From the NCBI GenBank assembly GCA_963734895.1, contig CAVTIN010000003.1:67718-131717 (forward strand): a stretch of 64,000 bases of DNA, given 5' to 3'. Of this stretch, positions 8,048 to 18,835 are shown piece by piece. A model generated the notes under the pieces. That model was not told the origin of the DNA and made no database searches. It was given only the letters and a program-made list of their open reading frames with translations. The position numbers and the translations under genes were made by a program. The DNA comes from an uncultured Chloroflexia bacterium. Lineage in GTDB: Bacteria; Chloroflexota; Limnocylindria; Limnocylindrales; CSP1-4. How positions within the stretch are numbered: the first letter of the stretch is position 1; the number at the start of each line of letters is the position of its first letter.

Positions 8048-10375
8048 TCAGTAGGCAGCCAGCGCGCTCAGCACCGCGTCGCTCACCGCGCCCGGGCCGC
8101 CCAGGATGACGATCTTGGCGGGCTTGAGCCGGGTGAGCTCGGCGGCGATCGCCGGCGGCAGGGCCTTGGGGTCGGTGAGCAGCAGCGGGGCCCCGTCCTT
8201 GCCGGCCACGGGAGCGCCGGTGAGCGCGTCGGGGAACTGGGTGCCGGTGGCGATGTACGCGACCGGCACGTTCGAGCCGAAGCTCGCGGCGCTGATCGCG
8301 GCCGAGGTGTCGTACAGGGTCTGGCCGAACAGGCGGGTGACCGTGCCCGCGTAGTGGCGCAGCGCGCTCAGCACCGCGTCGCTCACCGCGCCCGGGCCGC
8401 CCAGGATGACGATCTTGGCGGGCTTGAGCCGGGTGAGCTCGGCGGCGATCGCCGGCGGCAGGGCCTTGGGGTCGGTGAGCAGCAGCGGGGCCCCGTCCTT
8501 GCCGGCCACGGGAGCGCCGGTGAGCGCGTCGGGGAACTGGGTGCCGGTGGCGATGTACGCGACCGGCACGTTCGAGCCGAAGCTCGCGGCGCTGATCGCG
8601 GCCGAGGTGTCGTACAGGGTCTGGCCGAACAGGCGGGTGACCGTGCCCGCGTAGTGGCGCAGCGCGCTCAGCACCGCGTCGCTCACCGCGCCCGGGCCGC
8701 CCAGGATGACGATCTTGGCGGGCTTGAGCCGGGTGAGCTCGGCGGCGATCGCCGGCGGCAGGGCCTTGGGGTCGGTGAGCAGCAGCGGGGCCCCGTCCTT
8801 GCCGGCCACGGGAGCGCCGGTGAGCGCGTCGGGGAACTGGGTGCCGGTGGCGATGTACGCGACCGGCACGTTCGAGCCGAAGCTCGCGGCGCTGATCGCG
8901 GCCGAGGTGTCGTACAGGGTCTGGCCGAACAGGCGGGTGACGACGATCGGATCGTGGTTGAGCACGAATGTCGCGGTCGAGGCCAGCGTCGGATTGGCCC
9001 ACGCGTCGTCCGCTGTGAGGCGCCACCGGTACGTGCCGTCGGGGGCAAGCGAGCCACCGACGATCCCGTCCCAGGTGATTGCAGCCGTATCACCGGTTCC
9101 GCTGCGGGTCGCGAGCGATGAGCCCTTGCCGTCCTCGATTGACAGCGTCCATGACGCCGTCTCCGAGATTTCCACGGTCAGCTGGTACGTGTCCCGATCG
9201 CCGTCGCCGTTCGGCGTGAACAGGGCGTTGCCGTCGCTGACCGACCAAACTCTCGGAGACTGGCTGTCGCGCGGCGTGGCGGTATCGCCGATCATCCAGC
9301 CGCTGCTCGATCCATCGAGGGTCTCGACATCGAGCAGCTCTGCGCCGTCCGTGGTCGAGGTGATGTCCGACACGCGCAGCTTGTCGTTCATCGGCAGCGT
9401 CGTGATTGGCGTCGGCGAGGACGGCTCGGCTGCAGTGTCGCCGGCGCTTCCGGCGGCGGCGTGCGCAGCAGCGGCGTCTGCCTCGGTTGCATACACAGGA
9501 GCATCGTCCACGGCAACGCTCGCGGCGCCGGGCGCCTGGAAGTCGGTCGGGTCGGTGTCGGTCGATGCGAAGCCCGCGCCCGTGACGTCCGCGGTCGTCA
9601 GCGTCATCGATCCGGTCATGGCGCGGTAGTAGCGGCTGGTCGAGTTCTCGGGATCAAGCTGGTAGGTCTTGCCGGGAGTGCGCACGGACGGGTATGACGC
9701 CACGTGGCCGTTTGCGTACGGCATCCCGCGCCACAGCTGATCGATGGTCTGCCGAGTCGTGAACAGCCGGGTGATGTAGCCGCTGTGACTGTGCCCGTCG
9801 GCGATGACCGCGCCGGCGCCCGCCTTGAGGAACGCCGACGCGTAGTTGTCGACTCGCTGCTGCGCGACGCTCAGCGTCGGCTCGGCGTTGCCGGGCTCGG
9901 AATTGCCGGAGGCGTAGCACAGGTGGAACAGCAGGACCACGGCGTTCGGCGCAGGCGTCAGCGTCCTGATGGACGGCTCGCCGTAGTACTTGTTCACATA
10001 GTCCGAGCGGTCGCCGTCGACATTGAGCCCGAAGCCGTCCTTCGTCGTGAACAGGGGGTCGTAGGTGTACGGGCTCGGCCAGCCATTGCCATGTCCGAGA
10101 TAGACGACGATCGATGCGCCATTCACGGCCGCCTTGACATTCGACCACGTCGCGTTCGGGCTGTAGACCCTGACCACGTTGCTGGTGTACGCAATCGCCT
10201 CGGCGTAGATCTGGTCCGCGTACGACCGGTAGGTCGAGGTCGCGCTGTGCGTGGCGCCGACGATGATCGCGACCTTGGGGCCCGTGGCCGCGGAGGCGCG
10301 AGATACGGTCGCCGGGGCAAACGTGCCGACACCCACGAGGAACACAGCGATGAGAGCGAGGGCCAGCTTGCGCAA
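8048..10375 (-). CDS. secreted protein with a putative clan-CD (caspase/gingipain-like) cysteine-peptidase-like N-domain, an FlgD-Ig-like module and 3 CWB2 repeats
   Basis: TTG start with signal peptide MRKLALALIAVFLVGVGTFAPATVSRASA. A beta-strand+HG (IVVYLGHGNG) and a beta-strand+C (VVLLFHLCYASG) form a dyad-like pattern. FTPNGDGDRDT module. The same three CWB2 units as the upstream gene. Confidence 0.7.
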   Translation of the reverse strand: MRKLALALIAVFLVGVGTFAPATVSRASAATGPKVAIIVGATHSATSTYRSYADQIYAEAIAYTSNVVRVYSPNATWSNVKAAVNGASIVVYLGHGNGWPSPYTYDPLFTTKDGFGLNVDGDRSDYVNKYYGEPSIRTLTPAPNAVVLLFHLCYASGNSEPGNAEPTLSVAQQRVDNYASAFLKAGAGAVIADGHSHSGYITRLFTTRQTIDQLWRGMPYANGHVASYPSVRTPGKTYQLDPENSTSRYYRAMTGSMTLTTADVTGAGFASTDTDPTDFQAPGAASVAVDDAPVYATEADAAAAHAAAGSAGDTAAEPSSPTPITTLPMNDKLRVSDITSTTDGAELLDVETLDGSSSGWMIGDTATPRDSQSPRVWSVSDGNALFTPNGDGDRDTYQLTVEISETASWTLSIEDGKGSSLATRSGTGDTAAITWDGIVGGSLAPDGTYRWRLTADDAWANPTLASTATFVLNHDPIVVTRLFGQTLYDTSAAISAASFGSNVPVAYIATGTQFPDALTGAPVAGKDGAPLLLTDPKALPPAIAAELTRLKPAKIVILGGPGAVSDAVLSALRHYAGTVTRLFGQTLYDTSAAISAASFGSNVPVAYIATGTQFPDALTGAPVAGKDGAPLLLTDPKALPPAIAAELTRLKPAKIVILGGPGAVSDAVLSALRHYAGTVTRLFGQTLYDTSAAISAASFGSNVPVAYIATGTQFPDALTGAPVAGKDGAPLLLTDPKALPPAIAAELTRLKPAKIVILGGPGAVSDAVLSALAAY
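8060..8946. repeat. second copy of the 887-bp triple-CWB2 cassette (3 x 300 bp)
   Basis: It is base-for-base identical to 4336..5222, in the same orientation, about 3.7 kb away. Confidence 0.95.
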
Positions 10376-10597
10376 GGGATGAGGCTCCGGTCATTTGCGG
10401 GCGCCCGGCAATAGACCGGGCAGGGATCAGTGCCCTGCAAGCGTCGTCGCGCGCGGGTTCGGAGCCAATCGCGGGATGGTCATGGCGCGCGTGGCCCTTT
10501 CGACCCGGTGCTGGTTCGGAGCGCAGCACACAGGTGCGGACCGGGGCAGTGTGTCGGGCGTGTCGCGGGCGCGGCGCCCGGTGATCGAGGCGGCCGG

Positions 10598-11532
10598 TCA
10601 GTGGCCTCGAAGCGTCCGCCGCAGCGCGGGCACGGCATCCGCGAATGCCTCGCGCCAGCCGCGCATCGGCTCCCCCGACGGCAGCGGCGTGGGCTCGAGC
10701 ACAGCCCAGCGCGGGGGCGTCGACGCCCGGGGCCAATCGGCGCCCGGGATGTCGAGCACGTCGACATCGATCGCGGCGGCGCGGAGAACCTCGCGCGCCC
10801 AGCCCGCGCGCGAGGCGCGACCCTCGTTGACCAGGTGGTGGACCGCGGTCCGTTCGATCCGGCCGGTCCATAGGCGTCTTCGGCGAGGAGCTCGCACAGC
10901 GCCTCGGCGACGTCGGGGGCATAGGTGGGGCTGCCGATCTCGTCGCCGACCACGCGCAAGGACTCCCCGGCACCGCGGGCCCGGATCGCCGCTGCCGCGA
11001 TCTTGGCGGGGAAGTCGTTGCCCGGCGGTCCGTGGAGCCACGATGTCCTGACCACGGCGAGGCGGGGCCCGGCCCCGGCACCACTCCCGATCGCTTCGCG
11101 AGCCAGGCGCTCCGCCTCGGCCTTGCTTGCGCCGTACGCGTTGATCGGGTCGAACACGTCGTCTGGTGCGTACCCGGCACCGTCCGTGCGCCGCCCATCG
11201 AAGACCTCGTTGGTCGAGATCAGGATCAGGTCGACCCCGCTACCAACGCAGGCATCGGCGAGCGCCCGCGTTGCCGTTGCGTTGCGTTGCAGCGCGAGCT
11301 GCGGATCCCGGGCGCAGCCGTCGACGTCGGTCCAGGCTGCGGCATGGATCACCACCTCCGGCCGATCGCGATCGATGAGCGCGGTCGCGGACGCCTCGGT
11401 GAGCGTGTCCAGGTCGAGCTCCGGCCGGCTCCACGCGATCGGGCCCATGGGGCCCGTGAACGGGGCCGCACCGAGGGCCTCGACGAGGGCGCTGCCGAGC
11501 CGGCCGCGTGCACCGGTGACGGCCACGCGCAC
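10598..11532 (-). pseudogene. rfbD: dTDP-4-dehydrorhamnose reductase (RmlD/RfbD), interrupted by a single-nt frameshift near 10864-10869
   Basis: The N-terminal part (MRVAVTGARGRLGS..SPTYAPDVAEALCELLAEDAY) is in the frame of 11532. The C-terminal part (VHHLVNEGRASRAGWAREVL..GWREAF) is in the frame ending at 10598. 935 nt plus 1 gives 312 codons. Confidence 0.85.
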
Positions 11533-11535
11533 CGG

Positions 11536-12635
<1,100 letters not shown>

Positions 12636-12639
<4 letters not shown>

Positions 12640-13400
12640 GGTTCGATCGGGTGGGCCGGCGGCGGTAGGAGCTGACCGGCCTCGTCATCCGCGCTCGCAA
12701 GCTCGGCCGCCTGGAGCAGCGACGCGACGGTGCCGGCGTCCGTCCACTGGCCGTCATAGACCGCGGTGAACAGGCCCCCTGACGGGATGTATCGGTTGAG
12801 GACGTCGGTGATCTCGAACTCACCACGGCCGGAGGGCGCCAGCGTCTCGATGACATCGAAGGCGTCGGGACGGAGGAAGTACACCCCGATCGGGATCAGG
12901 TCGCTCTTGGGATGAGCGGGCTTCTCCTCGAAGCCCAGCACGCGTCCCTCCGCGTCCAGCTCCGCGACACCGAAGCGCTCCGGGTCCGGGACCCGATAGA
13001 GCAGGGTCCCGGCGCCCCATGCACCGTCGTCGAACGCCAGGGCAGTGGCCGCCAGCGAGGGACCCCGGAGGATGTTGTCGCCCAGGACCACGCAGAACGA
13101 GTCGGCGCCGATGAAGTCCCGCGCGAGCCCGATCGCGTGGGCGATGCCGAGCGCGCCGCGCTGATACCGGTACGTCAGGTCGAGGCCGAGATGCCGGCCA
13201 TCGCCGAGGAGCTCCACGATGTCCCCGACGCTCTTGCCGCCGACGATCACCATCACCTCGCGGATCCCCATCCCGGCCAGCGTTTCGAGCGGGTAGTAGA
13301 TCATCGGCCGGTCGTAGATCGGCAGCAGATGCTTGTTGGTGACAATGGTGAGCGGGAACAGCCGGCTCGCGGTGCCACCGGCGAGGACGAGGCCCTTCAT
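12636..13400 (-). CDS. sugar-phosphate nucleotidyltransferase (short RmlA-like glucose-1-phosphate thymidylyltransferase)
   Basis: MKGLVLAGGTASRLFPLT..NKHLLPIYDRPMIYYPL is the nucleotidyltransferase signature. The ORF is trimmed from 13583 to ATG 13400. Confidence 0.8.
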
Positions 13401-13512
13401 CGGCGACAGCCTAGCAGGGCCGCGGCCGGCGATGGTCACCGGGGTCGCGCAACCGGGCGCGGCGATTTCGCCACCCCGGCTGGCAGGGTCACGCCCCGGG
13501 TCGCGCCGTGGA

Positions 13513-14475
13513 TCAGGGTCGGGAGGAGCTCGTCGGTTCGGGCGAAGGCGTGTAGCAGGGCACCTCGCCATCGGGCACGACACCGTCGGTCCCGCACGGG
13601 ACGGGCTGCTGGTCGACCGGCGGCAGCCCGCCCTGGTAGTCCGTGATGATCAGTGCCATCTCGAACGAATCGAGGTTCGCCGCGGGCGCCAGGAACGCCG
13701 TCTGGACCACGTCGTTCACGTCGCGCTGCACGTCGACGACGCTGCCCAGCACCAGGCCCTTAGGGTACGGGGACCGGAGGCCTCCCGCCAGCTCGATCCC
13801 GGCGGTGAACACCTCCTCCTCGGGCGCGATCTGCACCGAGGAATCGATGTTGCGCATGACGAGGACGCCGCCGGCCTGGCCACCGACCTCGCCCGCCGCC
13901 CCGGAGCCCAGCAGCATGCCGACCACGGTCGAAGACGGGTCGCTGATCAACGTCACCTTGGCGAAGTTCGGGCCGACGTCCGTGACGCGACCAGCCAGCG
14001 CGCCGCCCTGGACGACGACCGCATCGCCCTCGGCGATTCCGTCATCGGTGCCCTTGTCGAGGATCACCAGGCGTCGCGTGTCCAGCGACTCCCGGCCGAT
14101 GACGCGCGACGCGACGGTGGCGTGGTCGAACCCGCTCTGGAGCTGCAGCAGAGCCGTCAGCTGATCGTTCTCGCGCTTGACCACCTCCAGCCGCGCGTTC
14201 TCGTTGGTCAGGCGCTCGTTCTCGTCGCGTAGCGCCGAGTTGTCGGTCCGCAGCTGGTCGATCTCGCCGATCGCGCGTGCGACACCCGCGACGCCGTCGG
14301 CAGCCCCGGCGATCGCGCCCTGGAGCGGACGCAGCGCGAACGACATCCCACTCTGGAAGTCCTGGACGTACGGGTTCGCGGAGAAGGCCATCATCAGCAG
14401 CGTCACGGCGAGCAGGATCGTGAACGTGATGCCGCGACGGCGGGCCTGGCGACTGGCGGCGATGCGTGTGGTCAT
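13513..14475 (-). CDS. mreC: rod shape-determining protein MreC
   Basis: It has an N-terminal TM helix, a coiled coil (LRTDNSALRDENERLTNENARLE) and beta-barrel repeats (VVVQGGALAGRVTDVGPNFAKVTLI). It lies directly downstream of mreB. Trimmed to ATG 14475. Confidence 0.85.
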   Translation of the reverse strand: MTTRIAASRQARRRGITFTILLAVTLLMMAFSANPYVQDFQSGMSFALRPLQGAIAGAADGVAGVARAIGEIDQLRTDNSALRDENERLTNENARLEVVKRENDQLTALLQLQSGFDHATVASRVIGRESLDTRRLVILDKGTDDGIAEGDAVVVQGGALAGRVTDVGPNFAKVTLISDPSSTVVGMLLGSGAAGEVGGQAGGVLVMRNIDSSVQIAPEEEVFTAGIELAGGLRSPYPKGLVLGSVVDVQRDVNDVVQTAFLAPAANLDSFEMALIITDYQGGLPPVDQQPVPCGTDGVVPDGEVPCYTPSPEPTSSSRP

Positions 14476-14527
14476 GGCGCGAGCTCCGGGGGCCGGCCCC
14501 GATCCGCCGGGGCGGGCTGTGCGGTGA

Positions 14528-15586
14528 TCAGCGCGGCGGGCGGCTGTAGGTCTCGGTGACGAGGACGCGCTCCATGGACGGGCTGGCCAGCTCCTGGAGC
14601 ACGACGCCCGTGCCACGCGCGACGCAGGTCAGCGGGTCGTCGGCGACGTGCACCGGCATCTGGGTCGCCTCGGCGACGCGCCGGTCCAGGCCGACGAGCA
14701 GGGCACCACCGCCGGCAAGCACGACGCCCTGGTCCATGATGTCCGCCACGAGCTCCGGCGGCGTCTCCTCGATGGTGTCCTTGATCGTGTCCACGATCTG
14801 GGCGACCGAGACCTCGATCGCCTCGCGGATCTGGTCGGCGCCGACCTCGACCGAGCGCGGCAGCCCGGTCAGCAGGTCGCGCCCGCGAAGGGTGACGCGC
14901 TGCAAATCCCACTCGCCCGGGTAGGCGGAGCCGATCGCGACCTTGATGTCCTCGGCGGTCCGCTCGCCCAGGAACAGGTTGTACTCGCGTCGGGCGAACG
15001 ACACGATGTCCTGGTCCATCTCGTCGCCGCCGATCCGGATCGAGCGGCTGACGACGATCCCGCCCAGCGAGATGACCGCGACCTCGGTCGTGCCGCCGCC
15101 GATGTCGACGATCAGCGACCCGGACGGCTCGCTCACCGGCAGGCCCGCGCCGATCGCCGCCGCCATCGGCTCCTCGATGAGCCGAGCCCATCGGGCACCC
15201 GCGTTCATCGCGGCGTCGCGGACGGCGCGCTTCTCGACCTCGGTGACACCCGACGGGATCCCCAGCAGCATCCGCGGCCGCGGGATCAGGCCCACCCGGT
15301 CGTGCACCTTGTTCACGAAGTACTTGATCATCTGCTCGGTGACGTCGAAGTCCGAGATGACGCCATCACGCAGGGGACGGACCGCGATGATCGAAGCGGG
15401 GGTGCGGCCGACCATGCGCTTGGCCTCGGCGCCGATCGCGAGCACGCGCTTGGTCCTGGCGTCGATGGCCACTACGGACGGCTCGGAGATCACGATCCCG
15501 CGATCGCGCACGTGCACGAGCGTGTTGGCCGTGCCGAGGTCGATCCCGATATCGCGGGAGAACAGGCCGAGGATACGGTCGAGCAT
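14528..15586 (-). CDS. mreB: rod shape-determining protein MreB
   Basis: DIGIDLGTANTLV, VVAID, IVDIGGGTTEVAV and GGGALL are actin-fold MreB motifs along the full length. Confidence 0.95.
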   Translation of the reverse strand: MLDRILGLFSRDIGIDLGTANTLVHVRDRGIVISEPSVVAIDARTKRVLAIGAEAKRMVGRTPASIIAVRPLRDGVISDFDVTEQMIKYFVNKVHDRVGLIPRPRMLLGIPSGVTEVEKRAVRDAAMNAGARWARLIEEPMAAAIGAGLPVSEPSGSLIVDIGGGTTEVAVISLGGIVVSRSIRIGGDEMDQDIVSFARREYNLFLGERTAEDIKVAIGSAYPGEWDLQRVTLRGRDLLTGLPRSVEVGADQIREAIEVSVAQIVDTIKDTIEETPPELVADIMDQGVVLAGGGALLVGLDRRVAEATQMPVHVADDPLTCVARGTGVVLQELASPSMERVLVTETYSRPPR

Positions 15587-15804
15587 GCTGGCTGGCTGAT
15601 CCTTGCTGCGTGGATTCGGGCGCCTGCGTCGGCGCCGGCGCGGCGGCCGGAATGGCCGCGAAAACTGCGGGGTCGGGACTCGCGCACGAGATCGGCGCGA
15701 GAGCCCGAGCAGTATACCCGCGGCCGCGCCTGCGCCCAGTGACCCGAGCCGATCCGGGAACGGCGCGGCGCGTCGATCGACGGCTCGGCTAGGATCGCGG
15801 CGCC

Positions 15805-17838
15805 ATGACCCAACCGCTCGATGCCGCCGGGCCGATCGAGCCCGGCTCGACGCCCTTCCCGCGCCTGTTCTCGCCGCTGCAGCTGGGCTCGCTGCGGGTC
15901 CGCAATCGGATCTTCTCGTCGGGCCACGACACCGTGATGGCCAGGCAGGGGCTCATCTCGGATCAGCTGATCGCCTATCAGCAGGCGCGGGCCGCGGGCG
16001 GCGTCGGGCTCATCGTGGTCCAGGTGGCGGCCGTGCACCCGACCGCGGAGTACACGTCCCACACCCTGGGCGCCTGGGACGACGCGTGCATCCCGGGCTT
16101 CCGACGGCTGGCCGAGGTCGTCCACGCCGAGGGGGCCGGCATCGTCGGCCAGATCTTCCACGGCGGCCGCGAGATCATGGACTCCGACGACGGCACGCTC
16201 CCCGTCCCGCTGGCCCCGTCCTCCGTTCCCAGCGAGCGGTTCCACACGATGCCCCGGTCGATGCCGGTCCAGCTCATCCGCGAGATCGTCGAGGGGTACG
16301 CGGCCTCCGCGGCCCGTCTCCGCGCGGCCGGCCTCGACGGCGTCGAGATCGTCGCCAGCCACGGATACCTGCCGGCCCAGTTCCTGAGCCCGCGCGTGAA
16401 CCTGCGAACCGATGCGTACGGAGGCCCGCTCGACAACCGGCTGCGGTTCCTGCGCGAGGTGATCGCGGCGGTGCGGGCCGCGCTGGACGTTGAGGCCGTC
16501 GTTGGTCTCCGCATCTCGATCGACGAGCGCTCCGCCGAGGGGCTGCAGCGCGACGAGACCCTCGAGGCCCTGGCCGCGCTCGATGCCGACGGTGGACCGG
16601 ACTACATCAGCGTCGTCGCGGGCACCTCGGCAACCCTCGCCGGCTCCGACCACATCGTGCCGCCGATGACGATGGCCAACGCGTACACGGCTCCGCTCGC
16701 CGCCGCGACTCGGGCCGTCGTCCATGTTCCCGTCCTGGTCGCCGGACGCGTCAACCAGCCGCAGGAGGCGGAGCACATCCTGGAGCTCGGCCAGGCCGAC
16801 GCGGTCGCGATGACGCGCGCCCTGATCTCGGATCCGCGGCTCCCCGCCAAGGCCGCCGCCGGCCAACTGGACGAGATCCGCGCCTGCGTCGGCTGCAACC
16901 AGGCGTGCATCGGGCACTTCCACGCCGGCTACCCGATCTCGTGCATCCAGTACCCGGAGAGCGGCCGCGAGCTCGAGTTCGGGGCTCGTGTCGCGGTCAA
17001 GCCCGGCGAGCGGCGACGGGTGATGGTCGTCGGCGGTGGTCCGGCCGGCCTCAAGGCCGCGGCGGTTGCCGCGGAGCGCGGCCATGAGGTCACGCTCCAC
17101 GAGGCCGGGCGCTGGGTGGGGGGCCAGGTGCTGCTGGCCCAGCTGCTGCCCGGCCGCGCCGAGTTCGGCGGTGTCGTGACCAACCTCCGCGGTGAGGCGG
17201 AGCGGGCCGGCGTGCGTATCGTCACCGGCTCGCCGGTCGACGCCGGCGTGGTGGAGCGGGAGGCGCCCGACGCGGTGATCGTCGCGACCGGCGCGCGGCC
17301 CTATCGTCCGCCCCTCGAGCTCGCCAACGACCCGCCTGTGCTCGACGCCTGGCAGGTGATCCGCGGAGCCGACGTCCCGTCGGGCCGCGTCGTGGTGGTC
17401 GACTGGCGGTGCGACTGGATCGGGCCGGGCGTTGCGCTGCTGCTCGCCGCGGCGGGCCACCCGGTGACCCTGGCGGTGAACGGCTATACGCCCGGGTTCC
17501 GCATCCAGCAGTACGTTCGCGATGCGACGATCGCCGCGCTGACCCGGGCGCACGTGACGATCCTGCCGCTCACCCGGCCGTTCGGGTACGACGGGTCGGC
17601 GGTGTTCCTCCAGCACACGCTCACCGAGGACGCTGTCATCGTCGAGGATGTTGCAGCGCTCGTCCTCGCCCACGGGCACCTGCCGGAATCGACGCTGCTG
17701 GAGGCGCTTGCGGCCCGCGCGGACCTCAGGTCCGCATCCGGCCGCCCGATCGAGATCCACGGCGTGGGCGACTGCCTGGCGCCGCGGACCGTCGAAGAGG
17801 CGGTGCTCGAGGGGTTGCGGGTTTCGACGGCGATCTGA
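15805..17838 (+). CDS. NADH:flavin oxidoreductase (OYE-type TIM barrel) fused to an FAD/NAD(P)-binding domain, 2,4-dienoyl-CoA reductase-like
   Basis: OYE-like N-domain, the 4Fe-4S motif CVGCNQACIGH, and the dinucleotide fold VMVVGGGPAGLKAA. Confidence 0.85.
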   Translation: MTQPLDAAGPIEPGSTPFPRLFSPLQLGSLRVRNRIFSSGHDTVMARQGLISDQLIAYQQARAAGGVGLIVVQVAAVHPTAEYTSHTLGAWDDACIPGFRRLAEVVHAEGAGIVGQIFHGGREIMDSDDGTLPVPLAPSSVPSERFHTMPRSMPVQLIREIVEGYAASAARLRAAGLDGVEIVASHGYLPAQFLSPRVNLRTDAYGGPLDNRLRFLREVIAAVRAALDVEAVVGLRISIDERSAEGLQRDETLEALAALDADGGPDYISVVAGTSATLAGSDHIVPPMTMANAYTAPLAAATRAVVHVPVLVAGRVNQPQEAEHILELGQADAVAMTRALISDPRLPAKAAAGQLDEIRACVGCNQACIGHFHAGYPISCIQYPESGRELEFGARVAVKPGERRRVMVVGGGPAGLKAAAVAAERGHEVTLHEAGRWVGGQVLLAQLLPGRAEFGGVVTNLRGEAERAGVRIVTGSPVDAGVVEREAPDAVIVATGARPYRPPLELANDPPVLDAWQVIRGADVPSGRVVVVDWRCDWIGPGVALLLAAAGHPVTLAVNGYTPGFRIQQYVRDATIAALTRAHVTILPLTRPFGYDGSAVFLQHTLTEDAVIVEDVAALVLAHGHLPESTLLEALAARADLRSASGRPIEIHGVGDCLAPRTVEEAVLEGLRVSTAI

Positions 17839-17889
17839 TCGCGACGACGGGGCGGTCGTGGCCTTCGCGCCCGCGGCTGCCGCCGCAGC

Positions 17890-18651
17890 TCATCCTCGCG
17901 GCTGCGCCGGCCCGACCCGGTCGAAGGTCACGCCGCGATCCCGCAGTGAGATCCACGCGTCCTGGCCGATCACGACGTGGTCCAGCACGTCGACATCGAG
18001 CAGGCGGCCGGCCGCGATCGCCTCTGCGGTCAGGTGCAGATCGTCGGGCGACGGCGTCGGATCTCCGCTGGGATGGTTGTGAACCAGGATCACGCCCGAG
18101 GCGTCGAGCCGGACGGCGTCCCGGAACAGCTCGCCGACGCGCACCAGCGACGCCGAGACGTTGCCCACGTAGACCGACGACACGCGCTGGACCACGTTCT
18201 TGGCATTCAGGCTGAGCACCCGCAGCTCCTCGCGCTCCAGCCGGCCCATGTCCACGAGCAGGCGATCGGCGACGTCGCGCGGTGAGCGGATCGTCCACCG
18301 GGCGGCCGGCCGGTCCGCGATGGAGCGCCGTCCGAGCTCGAAGGCTGCGGCGAGGCGTGCCGCCTTGGCAGCGCCGATGCCGGGGATCACGGCCAGCTCC
18401 GTGTCCGACGCCCTTGCGAGCGCCGCCACGCTGGCATGGCGGGCAAGGGCCTCCTCGGCCAGCTCGACCGCGCTTCGACCGCCGGATCCCGTCCCCCAGA
18501 CCACGGCGATCAGCTCCGCCGCCGACAACCCACCGGGCCCGCGCAGGGCGAGCCGCTCTCGTGGACGCTCGGCGGCGGGCAGATCCCGGACCGACCTGGA
18601 CGCGGCTCGATGGACCGGGGCGGTTGCCACCCGGGCGTCGAGATCGGTCAC
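17890..18651 (-). CDS. radC: RadC-family JAMM-domain protein
   Basis: HhH region LAVIPGIGAAKAARL and JAMM motif LVHNHPSGDPTPSPDD. The start is uncertain: GTG 18651 or ATG 18750. Confidence 0.85.
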   Translation of the reverse strand: MTDLDARVATAPVHRAASRSVRDLPAAERPRERLALRGPGGLSAAELIAVVWGTGSGGRSAVELAEEALARHASVAALARASDTELAVIPGIGAAKAARLAAAFELGRRSIADRPAARWTIRSPRDVADRLLVDMGRLEREELRVLSLNAKNVVQRVSSVYVGNVSASLVRVGELFRDAVRLDASGVILVHNHPSGDPTPSPDDLHLTAEAIAAGRLLDVDVLDHVVIGQDAWISLRDRGVTFDRVGPAQPRG

Positions 18652-18835
18652 GAACCACCTCCCGTTGGGCGGCGTGTGCTGGGCTGGGGGACAAGGACGC
18701 CGGTCGTCCCCGGGTCCAGACGACGGAAGCCCGCCGATTTCCCCCGCCATCCGGACCCGGGAACGTGGCGCAGCCTACCGAGCGATGCTTACCGCGGGCT
18801 CATCGCCGACTTCGCCGCGGGTTTGGCGACGCGGC

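Noticed and set aside
4336-8946. Possibility that the regular 300-bp repeats (or the 93-bp repeats at 35376-35569) are a CRISPR array.
   Set aside because: The units are contiguous with no unique spacers and are far longer than CRISPR repeats. The 300-bp units encode a protein domain in frame. No cas genes are present.
4682-8954. Six near-identical plus-strand ORFs beginning MTILAGLSRVSSAAIAGGRALG.. (4295, 4682, 4982, 8106, 8406, 8706), and the R/P/G-rich minus-strand ORFs 4304-5374 and 7809-9026.
   Set aside because: They are alternative-frame or antisense shadows of the 300-bp CWB2 repeat. The CWB2 frame has a clear domain signature and continues into real catalytic domains. The others have arginine/proline-rich or low-complexity composition.
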